Made by a program: the position numbers and the translations under genes. Under the pieces are notes generated by a model that saw only the letters and a list, made by a program, of their open reading frames with translations, had not been told where the DNA came from and ran no database searches. Below are positions 10,696 through 21,344 of a DNA stretch of 64,000 nt, in pieces; within the stretch, counting starts at the first letter, position 1, and each line of letters begins with the position of its first letter. This DNA is from Desulfuromonadaceae bacterium (GTDB lineage: Bacteria > Desulfobacterota > Desulfuromonadia > Geobacterales > Pseudopelobacteraceae), in NCBI GenBank assembly GCA_028683855.1, contig JAQUHA010000019.1, positions 12,622 to 76,621 on the forward strand. Reading direction: 5' to 3'.

Positions 10696-10738
10696 CTTGC
10701 GAGGAACCCACTCGCAAGTTTCGTCCCTTCTTTTTTTT
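10696..10738 (+). terminator. intrinsic terminator after the Wzi-like gene
   Basis: CTTGCGAG-gaaccca-CTCGCAAG is a perfect 8-bp stem. It is followed by TTTCGTCCCTTCTTTTTTTT (T-rich tail). Confidence 0.55.
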
Positions 10739-10798
10739 ATAGAGATAGTGTAGAGTATCTTCGTACTTCTTGAATACACCCTTTTTTCGTGTGCAACC

Positions 10799-11191
10799 AT
10801 GACAGAATCACTAAAAAAAGTTTTGATTATTGATGACGACCCTTTCTTCCTGAAAGTTCTTACGGACAATTTCAGCGAAAATGGGTTCACTGTTTATAAC
10901 GCCAATGACGGTATTGAGGGTGTAAAAACCTATATCGAGAAACAGCCGAATGTCGTAATTTCCGATCTTGTCATGCCGCGCATGGGTGGGGTCAGCACCT
11001 GCATGGAGATCAGCCGGCTTGGGGGTGACACTCCACCTGTTATCGTCCTGCTGACATCAATGTTTCAGGAAACACCCCATGAGCACAGCGCTGCTGAGAT
11101 GGGAGCAAAAGTTCATATCCCGAAGTCAACGCGTCCGGTTGACATTGTTATCATCGTCGAGCAGCTGCTGGAGCGCGGCAAATACCTTTAG
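10799..11191 (+). CDS. single-domain response regulator (receiver)
   Basis: KKVLIIDDDPFFLKVL...VVISDLVMPRMGG...VLLTS...KVHIPKS shows the receiver-domain DD, D and K positions. Confidence 0.85.
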   Translation: MTESLKKVLIIDDDPFFLKVLTDNFSENGFTVYNANDGIEGVKTYIEKQPNVVISDLVMPRMGGVSTCMEISRLGGDTPPVIVLLTSMFQETPHEHSAAEMGAKVHIPKSTRPVDIVIIVEQLLERGKYL

Positions 11192-11201
11192 AGCCGGAAT
11201 C

Positions 11202-12791
11202 ATGCCTTTTATTTATCGCAACCTTTCACTCACCCCGGGTGATGATGAAAAAAAACTGCCCTCCATACTCGCAGCAAAAATTTCCGTCCCTTTAGAATCT
11301 ATTCTCGATTTTCGGATAATCCGCAAAGCAATAGATGCCAGAAAAAAACCTCATATCAAGATAATATACACACTTTCATTTTCATCTCTTGATGATTCAA
11401 TTAAACGCAGGCTTGGAGTTGAGCCGTCTCTGGAGTGGCAGGAAGAAAAGGGTGTCCCCAAACTTAATCAGATTGAATCAAAGCAACGGGTAGTGATTGT
11501 AGGAAGCGGGCCTGCCGGACTTTTTGCCGCTCTACGACTCTCGGAATACGGGTTGACTGCCACGGTAATAGAGCGGGGAGAGCCGGTAGAAAAGCGCTTT
11601 CTCTCAGTACAGCGTTTCTGGAAAGACGGCACTCTTAATACCGAATCCAATGTCCAGTTTGGCGAAGGTGGCGCGGGCACTTTTTCGGACGGGAAGCTTA
11701 CCTGCAGATCTAAAGATCTACTGGTGCCTTGGGTATTGGACAAACTTGTTCAGTTCGGCGCGCAGCCGGAGATTCGCTACCTTGCAAAAGCTCATATTGG
11801 CACCGATAGACTAAGAAGTGTCAACATAGCCATCAGACAAAAACTTCTGGATAAAGGATTTACTTTTCGCTTCGAGACCCGCCTGACAGATTTCTCCATA
11901 AAGAACGGACGTGTTACCGCTGTTACTCTCAATAACGAGGAAGAGATTGAGTGTGATAAGCTTATCCTTGCAACAGGTCATAGCGCAAGGGATACCTTTG
12001 AAATGCTGGAACGCCTGAACGTGCCGCTTCAGCGGAAACCTTTCGCTATGGGACTAAGGGTAGAACATCCCCAGGAGCTTATAAACAGGACTCAGTACGG
12101 CAGTTTCAAAAAGACCGAACTCCCTGCAGCCGACTACGCGCTTGCATGGAACAACACGGTTACAGGTCGCAGCGCTTATTCCTTCTGTATGTGCCCTGGC
12201 GGTGTTGTTGTGGGGGGAGCCTCGGAAGATGGCGGTGTTGTTACGAATGGCATGAGTGGACAGCTGCGAAATACGCACTATGCAAACAGCGCCCTGGTAG
12301 TAAATGTTCGTGAGGATGATTTTGAAGGTGCTGGACCGCTGGCAGGAGTTTGTCTGCAGCGGAAGTGGGAACAACAGGCTTATATCATGGGTGGAGGCGG
12401 ATTTATTGCCCCCGCGCAGAATCTGATGGAGTTTTTACGTCTTCCGGGGAGAGGAGGAGTAAGGACAAGTTATCGCCCTGGAGTCAGAGAAACAGACCTG
12501 GAGAGAGTCCTGCCACGTTTTATTGTAGATACACTGAGAGAAGGAATTGCGGATTTTGGACGGAAAATGAAGGGATTTATAACTTCTGAAGCAACACTTA
12601 TAGGTATTGAATCACGCACTTCATCGCCTGTGCGAGTACTGCGTGACAGCAACTTTGAGTCGGTCGGCGTTGCAGGTTTATATCCAACCGGCGAGGGTGC
12701 AGGTTACGCCGGCGGCATAATGAGTTCTGCCGTAGATGGCATACGAGTTGCGGATGTTATTGCACGGGGGCTAGCCGCGACAGACAATTAG
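11202..12791 (+). CDS. FAD-dependent oxidoreductase (COG2509-type uncharacterised flavoprotein)
   Basis: Dinucleotide-binding motif VVIVGSGPAGLFAALRL. Start moved to the ATG at 11202 (MPFIYRNLSL...), because the track start at 11079 would overlap the regulator gene by 113 nt in another frame. Confidence 0.8.
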   Translation: MPFIYRNLSLTPGDDEKKLPSILAAKISVPLESILDFRIIRKAIDARKKPHIKIIYTLSFSSLDDSIKRRLGVEPSLEWQEEKGVPKLNQIESKQRVVIVGSGPAGLFAALRLSEYGLTATVIERGEPVEKRFLSVQRFWKDGTLNTESNVQFGEGGAGTFSDGKLTCRSKDLLVPWVLDKLVQFGAQPEIRYLAKAHIGTDRLRSVNIAIRQKLLDKGFTFRFETRLTDFSIKNGRVTAVTLNNEEEIECDKLILATGHSARDTFEMLERLNVPLQRKPFAMGLRVEHPQELINRTQYGSFKKTELPAADYALAWNNTVTGRSAYSFCMCPGGVVVGGASEDGGVVTNGMSGQLRNTHYANSALVVNVREDDFEGAGPLAGVCLQRKWEQQAYIMGGGGFIAPAQNLMEFLRLPGRGGVRTSYRPGVRETDLERVLPRFIVDTLREGIADFGRKMKGFITSEATLIGIESRTSSPVRVLRDSNFESVGVAGLYPTGEGAGYAGGIMSSAVDGIRVADVIARGLAATDN

Positions 12792-12802
12792 TTGAACACC
12801 TT

Positions 12803-12850
12803 CTGACATTACCTTTTATATTCTGAACAGCAGATAAAAGGTAATGTCAG
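12803..12850. terminator. perfect 17-bp inverted repeat between convergent genes (candidate bidirectional terminator or binding site)
   Basis: CTGACATTACCTTTTAT (12803-12819), a 14-nt loop, then ATAAAAGGTAATGTCAG (12834-12850). It lies between the stops at 12791 (+) and 12879 (-). There is no long U-tract on either side. Confidence 0.5.
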
Positions 12851-12878
12851 TTACGGTTAAGAGAGTCTCTGATTCAAC

Positions 12879-14309
12879 TCACTGTTTTGGAATATCCAGT
12901 TTGAGATCAAGCTCACGAACCTTTCCCACTGTTTCGAGCGGCTTGTCGAATTTTGCCTTATCCCCTATCACAACTAGCTTAAAAGCATCAGGGCGAAGAT
13001 GTTTCTTTGCCGCTGCAAGTACTTCAGCCTTTGTTACTCTGGCAATATTATCCCGGTATTTATCCAGATAATCTACAGGATAACCATAATATTCAAGTCT
13101 TGCCCGCTGACTGACAATTGACGAGGGGCTGGTAAATCCGAACATAAACGAATTTATCATATATTCCCGCGCTGCATTCAATTCAGCATCCGTTACCTCG
13201 TTAATAGTCAGGTCCGTAATAATATTTTTCATAAGGTTGATTGTTCTGGATGTGGATTCCGCCTTGGTTTCTGTCTCTGCAATAAAACGACCTGTAAAGC
13301 GGCGACCGATATCAAACCGGCTGCTAACGCTATATGCAAGCCCCTGATTGGTGCGAATTTCCGTAGTAAGACGTGAGGTGAAACTGCCTCCAAGTATGTA
13401 GTCCAGTATGCGTATGGCGTAAATGTCCGGCGAATCCTTTGTTAAACCTAAATGCCCCATCCTTATAACAGTCTGATTCACATCTTTTTTACCGTAAATT
13501 ACTTCGCTGCTAAACTCCTGTTTTGGCTGTGCAATCTCAGGCGTTATCAAGGCAGGTTGTTTCTTACCAGCCTTGAATCTTTCATTCAACTCGCGTAAGA
13601 GCGTTGTTTTGTCAAAATCTCCGGATACAGCCAGAAGCATATTATCCAGTCTGTAGAAACGATTGTGAAAATCGATAAGTTCTGAGCGTTTGATTGAATT
13701 GACCGACTGGAACGTTTCAATATCACCTAGCGGGTGTCCGGCGTAAATAGTTCTATCAAGCTCTCTCTCGGCAATTTCCTTCGGATCATCGTTCTGACGC
13801 CGAAGATACTCAATCATCTGTCTGCGGAAAACTTCAATTCTTTTTTCACTGAAATCTGGTCGTAAAAGTACGTCACTGAATATCTGCAAGGTTCGGTTGA
13901 AATTCTTCTTCAGCGTTGTCAAGGAAACCGTTCCCATATCACTGCCTATAGAGCTCTCTACAGCAGAAGCCATAAATTCAAGCTCATCGTCCATATCCTC
14001 CGGGGACATCCCACCAGCTCCGCCGCTTCGCATCACAGAACCAACCATGCTTGACAATCCGGCTTTTTCGGCAGTCTCATAAACAGAGCCTGTTCTTACC
14101 ATTGCAGTCATATTTATTATCGGGAGCTCTGTATCACGCAGCAGGTAAACAGGCATACCGCAATCAAGCAGCACCCTTTCAGCCTGGGGTATCTTAAAGG
14201 TGAGCTCAGGAAATTTCATACTCCGCGGATTTGACAGCGGTTCGGCTGCCGTAGCGAGTGAAACCAGCAAAAATAGAAAAAAACAGACGGAAGATAACAG
14301 AAGCCTCAT
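12879..14309 (-). CDS. secreted M16-family (pitrilysin/insulinase-like) peptidase subunit lacking the HxxEH motif
   Basis: Signal peptide MRLLLSSVCFFLFLLVSLATAA. M16 fold-like sequence but no HxxEH motif. Its start overlaps the upstream M16 gene stop by 4 bp. Confidence 0.8.
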   Translation of the reverse strand: MRLLLSSVCFFLFLLVSLATAAEPLSNPRSMKFPELTFKIPQAERVLLDCGMPVYLLRDTELPIINMTAMVRTGSVYETAEKAGLSSMVGSVMRSGGAGGMSPEDMDDELEFMASAVESSIGSDMGTVSLTTLKKNFNRTLQIFSDVLLRPDFSEKRIEVFRRQMIEYLRRQNDDPKEIAERELDRTIYAGHPLGDIETFQSVNSIKRSELIDFHNRFYRLDNMLLAVSGDFDKTTLLRELNERFKAGKKQPALITPEIAQPKQEFSSEVIYGKKDVNQTVIRMGHLGLTKDSPDIYAIRILDYILGGSFTSRLTTEIRTNQGLAYSVSSRFDIGRRFTGRFIAETETKAESTSRTINLMKNIITDLTINEVTDAELNAAREYMINSFMFGFTSPSSIVSQRARLEYYGYPVDYLDKYRDNIARVTKAEVLAAAKKHLRPDAFKLVVIGDKAKFDKPLETVGKVRELDLKLDIPKQ

Positions 14310-15787
14310 TTGTCACCCCCTTTTTTTGTTATGAATCCGACCGTACGGTTCTCCCTGGTGAAATACTTCTTTGCCACCCGCATGATATCAGCCGGAGTAA
14401 CTCCGGCAATTTTGTCGCGATTCTCTGTCATATAGCGCCAACTTCCGGTGGTAGCTTCATACTCGGTAAGATTTCTCGCCAACCCTCCATTTGTACCCAT
14501 ACGGCGAGCCTCCTCGTATTCAATCTTGTTGAGAATCCTCTGCAGATCCCGTTCAGCTACAGGTGTGGTCTTCAGCAACTCCAGTTCTGTCTGCACAGCA
14601 TCTTCAACCTCTTTTACGGTATGAGGGGCGCGAGGATTCGCACTTACAACAAAAAGACCAGGATATCGGGAACCGGGAGCATCAAATGCTCCGATATCAG
14701 AGGCGACCTGCTGTTCAATGACCAGTTTTTTATAGAAGCGTGAAGTCCTGCCGCTTCCGAGAATCATGTTTATTACATCAAAAACGTAGTCGTCAGGAGT
14801 GGCAATAGCCGGTTTATGAAAACCGATTATCAACGTAGGCTCAGACTCTGCGAGCAGCTCTATACGCCTTTCACCCATCTGTTCCGGCTCAACCGCAGTA
14901 ACCGGCGGCACATCTTTGCCCGGCTTGATACCTCCAAAATAGCGCTCAACCAGCTCTATCGCCTTTTTTGTGTCTATGTCTCCCACGATCCCTACAATTG
15001 CATTGTTAGGAGCATAATAGTTATGGAAAAACTGCTCTGCTTTGGTTCGGGTCAAATTTTCAATATCAGACATCCAGCCAATCGTAGGCTGACCATAGGA
15101 GTGAGTCAGAAAGCTCGATGCAACAAAGGTTTCCCAAAGCTTACTCTCAGGGTTCGCATCATACGAACGCCTCCGCTCCTCCATTACAACAGCCCGTTCA
15201 GTGTAAAACTCCCTAAGCACAGCGTTCTGCAGTCTGTCAGACTCAATTGCAGCCCATAGTTCAAGTTTGTTTGAGGGGAGGCTTATCAGGTAGGTTGTGC
15301 CGTCGCGACTGGTAAACGCATTATAACCAACTCCGCCATTTTTTGAGTACAGTTCGAAAAACTCATCTTTTATGACATATTTAGCAGCGTCAGCTTCTAG
15401 AGAAGAGAGGCGTTTTTCAAGCGACGCCAGTTTTTCGGCACTCCCCTTTTCCCGTTTAGCCTTCTCTGCAGTTAACTCCAGGGCTGTCGCTTCGATAGCA
15501 TCCAGTATCGGTTTTTCGGAGGCGTAATCATTTGTTCCGAGAGTAGTAGTCCCCTTAAAGAGCATATGTTCAAGAAGATGTGCAATACCCCTTTCATCAC
15601 TCCGCTCATCTACACTCCCGACTTTGAAGCGAATCCAGGCAGAGACTGTTGGTGAAGTGTGACGCTCTACCATCAATAATTTCATTCCATTTTTCATTGT
15701 GTGCTCAACAACTTTTTCTTCAAGTGTTGCAGCACACAGATTGCTGCTTATCAACAATACAGCTACTATCGAGAGAAAATATTTCAT
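14306..15787 (-). CDS. secreted M16-family zinc peptidase (catalytic subunit)
   Basis: Signal peptide. Inverted zinc motif HLLEH (HxxEH) in GIAHLLEHMLFKGT. Confidence 0.9.
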   Translation of the reverse strand: MKYFLSIVAVLLISSNLCAATLEEKVVEHTMKNGMKLLMVERHTSPTVSAWIRFKVGSVDERSDERGIAHLLEHMLFKGTTTLGTNDYASEKPILDAIEATALELTAEKAKREKGSAEKLASLEKRLSSLEADAAKYVIKDEFFELYSKNGGVGYNAFTSRDGTTYLISLPSNKLELWAAIESDRLQNAVLREFYTERAVVMEERRRSYDANPESKLWETFVASSFLTHSYGQPTIGWMSDIENLTRTKAEQFFHNYYAPNNAIVGIVGDIDTKKAIELVERYFGGIKPGKDVPPVTAVEPEQMGERRIELLAESEPTLIIGFHKPAIATPDDYVFDVINMILGSGRTSRFYKKLVIEQQVASDIGAFDAPGSRYPGLFVVSANPRAPHTVKEVEDAVQTELELLKTTPVAERDLQRILNKIEYEEARRMGTNGGLARNLTEYEATTGSWRYMTENRDKIAGVTPADIMRVAKKYFTRENRTVGFITKKGGDK

Positions 15788-15856
15788 TCAGTTAAACTCC
15801 TTGGCAATGCTTTGAATCCGGCTCATTAAGCTGATTTACTATGTAAAACTCCCGCA

Positions 15857-16897
15857 TTACGGGAAGATTCCAGGGGTTCCAAGTCCCATTGTCTCCCTGA
15901 AACCGCAGATAAGATTCATATTCTGAACCGCCTGCCCTGAAGCCCCTTTTACCAGATTATCTATCGCTGAAACGACAATTATTCTGCCGGTTCGGGAATC
16001 CACCAGAGGCGAGATGTCGCAGAAGTTAGAACCCCGAACAAAAGCGGTGGATGGGAGAGAGCCATTTAAGAGAATCCGTACAAACGGCTCATCGGCATAA
16101 AACTCCTGATAAAGTTCTGAAAGAGCCTCATTGGAGATCGGTGATAGCGGTGTTGAATATATTGTTGACAGAATACCTCTATCCATCGGTACAAGGTGAG
16201 GAGTAAAAGTTATCTTAAGCTGTTTAGCCGCCAGCAGTGACAGCTCCTGCTCTATTTCTGGGGTATGCCGATGTACACCTCCAACTCCATAAGCCTTATA
16301 CCCTTCATTAACTTCGCAGTAGAGGCTCTCCACCTTTGCAGATCGCCCCGCGCCTGTCACCCCTGATGCCGAATCTGCAATAATGCTTGAAAGGTCAATT
16401 AAACCGTTTTTCAGCAGAGGAGCGAGCCCGAGTATAATACTGGTAGGATAGCATCCGGGATTAGCAACCAGCTTTGCCTCTCTTATCATACCCCTTCTGA
16501 TTTCCGGTAATCCGTAAACGGCGTTCTTCAGGTTGGCAGGATTTATGTGAGGTTCGTACCACTCCCCGTAAACAACCGGATCCGAAAGACGATAATCAGC
16601 GGAGAGGTCAATAACTTTCTTGCCAAGTTCAAGAAAGGTTGGCACTACTTCCATGGCGGCTTTGTGTGGCAGGGCGGTAAATATTATATCAGCCTGCTCC
16701 GCAATCCGAACCGGTTCCAGATTCTCAAGAACAGTGTCACATATCCCGCGAAGTGTAGGAAAAATATCTGATATAGGCTTACCCGCGCTCTGCTCAGATG
16801 TCAGGCAGGTTACCATGACTTCGGGATGCGACTGCAGTATCCGGATTAATTCCAAACCTGTATAACCGCTGGCACCTACAATAGCAATTTTCAACAT
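15857..16897 (-). CDS. argC: N-acetyl-gamma-glutamyl-phosphate reductase
   Basis: [17 protein letters not shown] (NAD(P)-binding) and the catalytic motif NPGCYPTS. Confidence 0.95.
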   Translation of the reverse strand: MLKIAIVGASGYTGLELIRILQSHPEVMVTCLTSEQSAGKPISDIFPTLRGICDTVLENLEPVRIAEQADIIFTALPHKAAMEVVPTFLELGKKVIDLSADYRLSDPVVYGEWYEPHINPANLKNAVYGLPEIRRGMIREAKLVANPGCYPTSIILGLAPLLKNGLIDLSSIIADSASGVTGAGRSAKVESLYCEVNEGYKAYGVGGVHRHTPEIEQELSLLAAKQLKITFTPHLVPMDRGILSTIYSTPLSPISNEALSELYQEFYADEPFVRILLNGSLPSTAFVRGSNFCDISPLVDSRTGRIIVVSAIDNLVKGASGQAVQNMNLICGFRETMGLGTPGIFP

Positions 16898-17020
16898 TAA
16901 TACTCCCCCTTAATGAAATTCAGACAGCACTGTTCCACAAAGCTATCGACTGTTCAGTATCAGCCGCAGCCTGATAAATTCGGTAATAGTCGTCCCACTA
17001 TATATCGAGCAGGTTTTAAA

Positions 17021-18373
17021 TTACAAGACAGCTTCGTGTAAATCCCGACGATGGTAGCGCCACGCGAAGGCGGCTCCACGAAAATACCAGTCAATCAGAA
17101 AAGCGCCCCACACCATGTAAAGAGAAAGATGCAGCCAGCTTGAGGCAACCCATGAAAGTGAAACCCGTATCCCCCACATTGCTACGAACGTGACAACAAA
17201 TACATAGAAAGTGTCACCGGTACCCCTTAGACTCCCCGCATATACAAATGATATTGCCAGCGGAACCTGTGCAAATGCCACCAGCCTCAAAAACATACTC
17301 CCTTTTTCGATAACTTCAGGATCCTGGCTGAAGAGACCGATAAGAAAATCTGGTGCAGTAAAAAAAAGTATTGCCATAACTCCCATAAGGGCAACGGCTA
17401 GTCTTAGAGCCTCTTTGTGACTCATTCTTGCTCTCTGGAGTTTGCCGGCACCTAGAGACTGCCCCATAAGAGTAGCTGCGGCAATTCCCATTCCTGCTCC
17501 CGGCATAAACGAGAGTGATTCTATGGACAAGCCGATCTGATGTGCCGCATAGGCGGTTGTACCGTATGCAATAATGAAACTTGAGTAAAAAAGCTGTCCA
17601 CTCTGCTGAGCTACACGCTCCAGCGCTACCGGCCAGCCAACATTCCATATCCTGCGAAAAAGGCTGAAATCAGGTTGATGGAAGCTTATATATTTTTTGC
17701 GCATTGCCTGAACAAACAGATAAGTAAATCCAACAAATTCAGAACTGTTTATAGCAATTGCCGCCCCCTTGACTCCAAGTGCCGGTGCTCCAAACCTGCC
17801 ATAAATAAGTGGCCACGCAATAAGTACGTGCAGAATATTTACCAGAATAATAGCCTTCATAGGAGTACGTGTGTCGCCCACCCCATGCATAATTCCTGAA
17901 ATAAGATTTAGACCTGTTGTCCAGATCATCCAGAGAAATACCAGCCTTATGTACTCTGCAGCCAACTCCTGCACATCAGGCCCGGCTCCCATAAGCCCGG
18001 CAATATCGCCCCCCCAGAACGATCCGGCTAACGCACATACAGCGGTCATAACTAAACCGAACAGACAGGCGGTATAAGCAGTACGCCCGGCATCTTCACG
18101 TCTTCCGGCGCCCCATAGATGGGAGATTACGACTGTTGTGCCTGTTGAGAGTCCCCAGAAAACAGTCATTGTTGTTGTCATGAGCAGCTGTCCAAGTCCG
18201 GTTGCAGCTATAGCGGAAGCTCCAAGTCCACCGGTCAGAAAGACATCAACAATTGATACCAGTCGCTGAAAAAGTGATGACAGCAGAACCGGAAGCGAGA
18301 GATTAACTACATTGCGGCGTATCGATACCGGCTTATTTGATTTCAGGAACATTTTGGTGAGAGTATGAGGCAT
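17021..18373 (-). CDS. MATE-family efflux transporter
   Basis: 450 aa with about 12 hydrophobic helices in two homologous halves, and a typical MATE N-terminus (...NLSLPVLLSSLFQRLVSIVDVFL). Confidence 0.88.
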   Translation of the reverse strand: MPHTLTKMFLKSNKPVSIRRNVVNLSLPVLLSSLFQRLVSIVDVFLTGGLGASAIAATGLGQLLMTTTMTVFWGLSTGTTVVISHLWGAGRREDAGRTAYTACLFGLVMTAVCALAGSFWGGDIAGLMGAGPDVQELAAEYIRLVFLWMIWTTGLNLISGIMHGVGDTRTPMKAIILVNILHVLIAWPLIYGRFGAPALGVKGAAIAINSSEFVGFTYLFVQAMRKKYISFHQPDFSLFRRIWNVGWPVALERVAQQSGQLFYSSFIIAYGTTAYAAHQIGLSIESLSFMPGAGMGIAAATLMGQSLGAGKLQRARMSHKEALRLAVALMGVMAILFFTAPDFLIGLFSQDPEVIEKGSMFLRLVAFAQVPLAISFVYAGSLRGTGDTFYVFVVTFVAMWGIRVSLSWVASSWLHLSLYMVWGAFLIDWYFRGAAFAWRYHRRDLHEAVL

Positions 18374-18481
18374 GAGTCCAGTGTCTGGTGTGAAAAGCCC
18401 AAGAGCCGATATAATTTATGATCCTCAATGGACACAACACAGGCTTGTATCGGATTGAAGTATTGAAGATTAAAGGGCGGC

Positions 18482-19414
18482 TTACATATAATCAAGCAGC
18501 GACAGTTTAGTCAGTTTAGCTGTGGCGGACAGCGACGCTTCAAAGGCGATCTGCTGATTGTTCTGCTGTATTCCGAGCTTTGCATAATCAACTTCCTGAA
18601 TACCGGTAGATATTGACAATAAAGTATTTTTATTATTGTCATTAAGTTTACTCATATTATCGAGTCTGGTTGTGCGGGAGAGAACATCGCTTGTAGCTAT
18701 TATGAGCTGTTTTGCTCCATCCTGAAGCGCCTGCGAAGCTGTTGAAATATCGGTTACGTTGCTAGGGGTCAGCCTGTCCCCTATGGCTGCAATCAGATTG
18801 TCAAAAGTATCCAGAATGTTTGTAGAACCATAATTTGGGGAACTCCCTGTACCAAGAAGAACTCTGTCTCCGGTAATATTCAGAGCCTGAAAGGAGCCCT
18901 GAGCAACCTCTATAGTAAGCTGCGTCCCGTCACCTGCAAACGAGTTGTCGATCGGTGGATTATCGGCGTTTGAATTCTTGAACGGTATAACACTATTGTT
19001 TGCACCCCCAAAAATATACTGATCTCCGTACTGGGTGTTTGCCATATCTATCAACTGACTTTTAAGGTCAACAAGCTGGTCGTGCGCACTCTGCCTGAGA
19101 TTTGGATCACTGCTGCCGCTGTTAATTGAACCGGTAACCTTTTGTGCCAGATTTACAATTGATGACAAGCCGTCCAGAGCCGTACTTGTAAATTTCAACC
19201 ATGAACTGGCTTTGCTTATGTTGCTTGAATACTGGTCAAGCGCTCTTACTTTATCACCCACTTCAAGCAGCACCCTGCTTGTAATAGGGTCGTCACTCGG
19301 TCGGTTAATGTTCTGCCCTGATGATATTAACTCCTGTGTATTATCAAGCCTTCTGCGGCTAAGCTGAATATTATAAAGAGAATTTTCTGCCGACATATTT
19401 GCAGTTACTCGCAT
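18482..19414 (-). CDS. flgL: flagellar hook-associated protein 3
   Basis: Flagellin-like N-terminus MRVTANMSAENSLYNIQLSRRRLDNTQELISSGQNINRPSDDP. Located directly after flgK. Confidence 0.85.
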   Translation of the reverse strand: MRVTANMSAENSLYNIQLSRRRLDNTQELISSGQNINRPSDDPITSRVLLEVGDKVRALDQYSSNISKASSWLKFTSTALDGLSSIVNLAQKVTGSINSGSSDPNLRQSAHDQLVDLKSQLIDMANTQYGDQYIFGGANNSVIPFKNSNADNPPIDNSFAGDGTQLTIEVAQGSFQALNITGDRVLLGTGSSPNYGSTNILDTFDNLIAAIGDRLTPSNVTDISTASQALQDGAKQLIIATSDVLSRTTRLDNMSKLNDNNKNTLLSISTGIQEVDYAKLGIQQNNQQIAFEASLSATAKLTKLSLLDYM

Positions 19415-19425
19415 AGGTTATGCTC

Positions 19426-20826
19426 CTATCTTACCATTGCAATGACTACGTCCATCATTTCAGTGGCAGTTGTAATGAGTTTGGCTGACGCCTGGTATGA
19501 ACGCTGATATTTGACCAGATTCGTAAGCTCTTCGTCCAACGAAACTCCTGAATTAGACTCTCTGAGAGTAGAGAGCTGCTTGGTAAAGGCTTCATCCTGA
19601 GTAACTGTTGTTTTGCTCGCCTGAACATCAAGCCCCACCTTACTCACAAGACTGTTGTAAAAGCTGCTGAACGTAGAAGAGGGGGTTTCTGATGGGACAG
19701 TGTACGCCCCGGTCAGTTTAGCTATCAAAAGTGCATTACTATTGTCGCCAGACAGAGCAATGTTGCCCGATGCTGCAATATTATTGACACTTAGTCCGGC
19801 ATCCAACGAAAAACCTGCCGCTGAACCCGCCGCCAGAACGGTAGGGGAGAAAAAATTCTGACCAGTCAGCCCTACAGGGCTGTAACCCGCTGAGTGCTGG
19901 CTGTTAACCGCGTCAATTATTGATTTTGCCAATGTATCAACCTGAGTCAGATAATACGGTATTATTGAGTCCCTTAGTACTACCGTAGCCCCCAACTCTC
20001 CGGAAGTCGGCCTCACTATTGTAAGAGACCCCTGAGCGGCTGTCAGCATGACGTCATAATTATCAGCAGTAGTATCTCTTCGTAGAGAAAATTTAGCCGA
20101 CGTAGAGCCGATTACAAGTGCTGACCCGTTGTCCGCATAAAAAACATCCGTTGTCCCGTCAAGATTTTCGGTAAAAGTTATGCCGGTTTTTTGTGACAGC
20201 TCTCTTATCAACTGATCCCGTTGATCCCTTATTTCATTTGCATTTCCACTAACCAGCTCTGTTGTTCTTATCTGACCGTTAAGCCGCGCAATATTTGACA
20301 GCGTATTATTTATGCTCTCTGTCAGAGGCACAAGCGAATCATTCTGAACCGTAATTGAATCGTTAAGAGCCTTACTGACGGAATGAAAATTATCAGCCAG
20401 TATCTGCCCTCTTGTCATTACCACCTGACGCTCTGACGCCCCCGCCGGGTTCAGCGTGAGATCCTGCCATGCACTGAAATAATTCGATATTGCGGTTCCT
20501 ATGCCGTCGCTGCTAACCTCGTTGAAAGATGGTTCAATCTGCTGAAGAACCATTGATTTTGTCGTATCGTAACCCTGCGTAGTCTCCGCGTTGGTCAACT
20601 GCTGCTGCAGCAAGCCATCATAATACCGCTCAACAGAGGCTATTTTGACTCCGGTTCCAAGAGGAAAACCGTTGTGGGAGGTCGGCGGTGCAGTCTCAAG
20701 CAATACACGCTGCCTTGAATAACCGGGAGTATTGACGTTAGCAATATTTTCTCCGGTCACCTCCTGTGCGACGCGATATATGTTAAGTCCGTTTTTGCCG
20801 ATCTCTATGGTTGAGCTTAGACTCAT
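19426..20826 (-). CDS. flgK: flagellar hook-associated protein 1
   Basis: N-terminal rod/hook motif GENIANVNTPGYSRQ and C-terminal LDEELTNLVKYQRSYQASAKLITT. Confidence 0.9.
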   Translation of the reverse strand: MSLSSTIEIGKNGLNIYRVAQEVTGENIANVNTPGYSRQRVLLETAPPTSHNGFPLGTGVKIASVERYYDGLLQQQLTNAETTQGYDTTKSMVLQQIEPSFNEVSSDGIGTAISNYFSAWQDLTLNPAGASERQVVMTRGQILADNFHSVSKALNDSITVQNDSLVPLTESINNTLSNIARLNGQIRTTELVSGNANEIRDQRDQLIRELSQKTGITFTENLDGTTDVFYADNGSALVIGSTSAKFSLRRDTTADNYDVMLTAAQGSLTIVRPTSGELGATVVLRDSIIPYYLTQVDTLAKSIIDAVNSQHSAGYSPVGLTGQNFFSPTVLAAGSAAGFSLDAGLSVNNIAASGNIALSGDNSNALLIAKLTGAYTVPSETPSSTFSSFYNSLVSKVGLDVQASKTTVTQDEAFTKQLSTLRESNSGVSLDEELTNLVKYQRSYQASAKLITTATEMMDVVIAMVR

Positions 20827-20827
20827 A

Positions 20828-21319
20828 TCACACCTCTCTGTTGATCATTATAGCACCTGTCGGCCTTTGCTGATAGCCCCCGGAAGAACCATACACGTTT
20901 GATTGATTTATAAGCCGTGTAATCAGATTAAGCGAGGCGGTGACAGAAGATGCGAAACGCTCGGCTATATCCCTGTTCAGAGTTGCTACCAGCTGAACGC
21001 TTATAGCTGTATCTCTCAGTTTCTTCTGCTTATCCAGCAGTTCGGGTTTACCCCGTTTTGCAATATGATCCGCAACCGTTCTAAGAAGCGTGGTCTCCGC
21101 CAGCCCTTCTCTCTTAGCCAGAGTGGCGACTGCCTTCTGAAGTGTCGGGGAGTGTGCCGATATTTTATCTGTAAGCTCTTCTTTTGACCTGTTGGAGACA
21201 GCCATCGCCGAGATGTTTATTTCTCCCATCTCAACCGTTTCCCGCTCAAGAGCCTGAAGAAGTTCATTCAGAAGTTTTGTCTGTTTATCCACGGCTTCAA
21301 TAAGATTTTGCAGTTCCAT
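20828..21319 (-). CDS. FlgN-like flagellar export chaperone
   Basis: Helical 163-aa protein (MELQNLIEAVDKQTKLLNELLQALERE...) sitting directly upstream of flgK, as flgN does. ATG at 21319 with GGAG 8 nt upstream; the track start at 21373 would overlap flgJ. Confidence 0.5.
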   Translation of the reverse strand: MELQNLIEAVDKQTKLLNELLQALERETVEMGEINISAMAVSNRSKEELTDKISAHSPTLQKAVATLAKREGLAETTLLRTVADHIAKRGKPELLDKQKKLRDTAISVQLVATLNRDIAERFASSVTASLNLITRLINQSNVYGSSGGYQQRPTGAIMINREV

Positions 21320-21344
21320 AAACTGGACTCCAGAGGAGAGTTTG

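Noticed and set aside
11079-11201. N-terminal extension of the flavoprotein ORF, overlapping the response-regulator gene.
   Set aside because: The extension is out of frame across the regulator's C-terminus and encodes S/L/R-rich junk. The ATG at 11202 follows the regulator's stop by 10 nt and gives a normal N-terminus.
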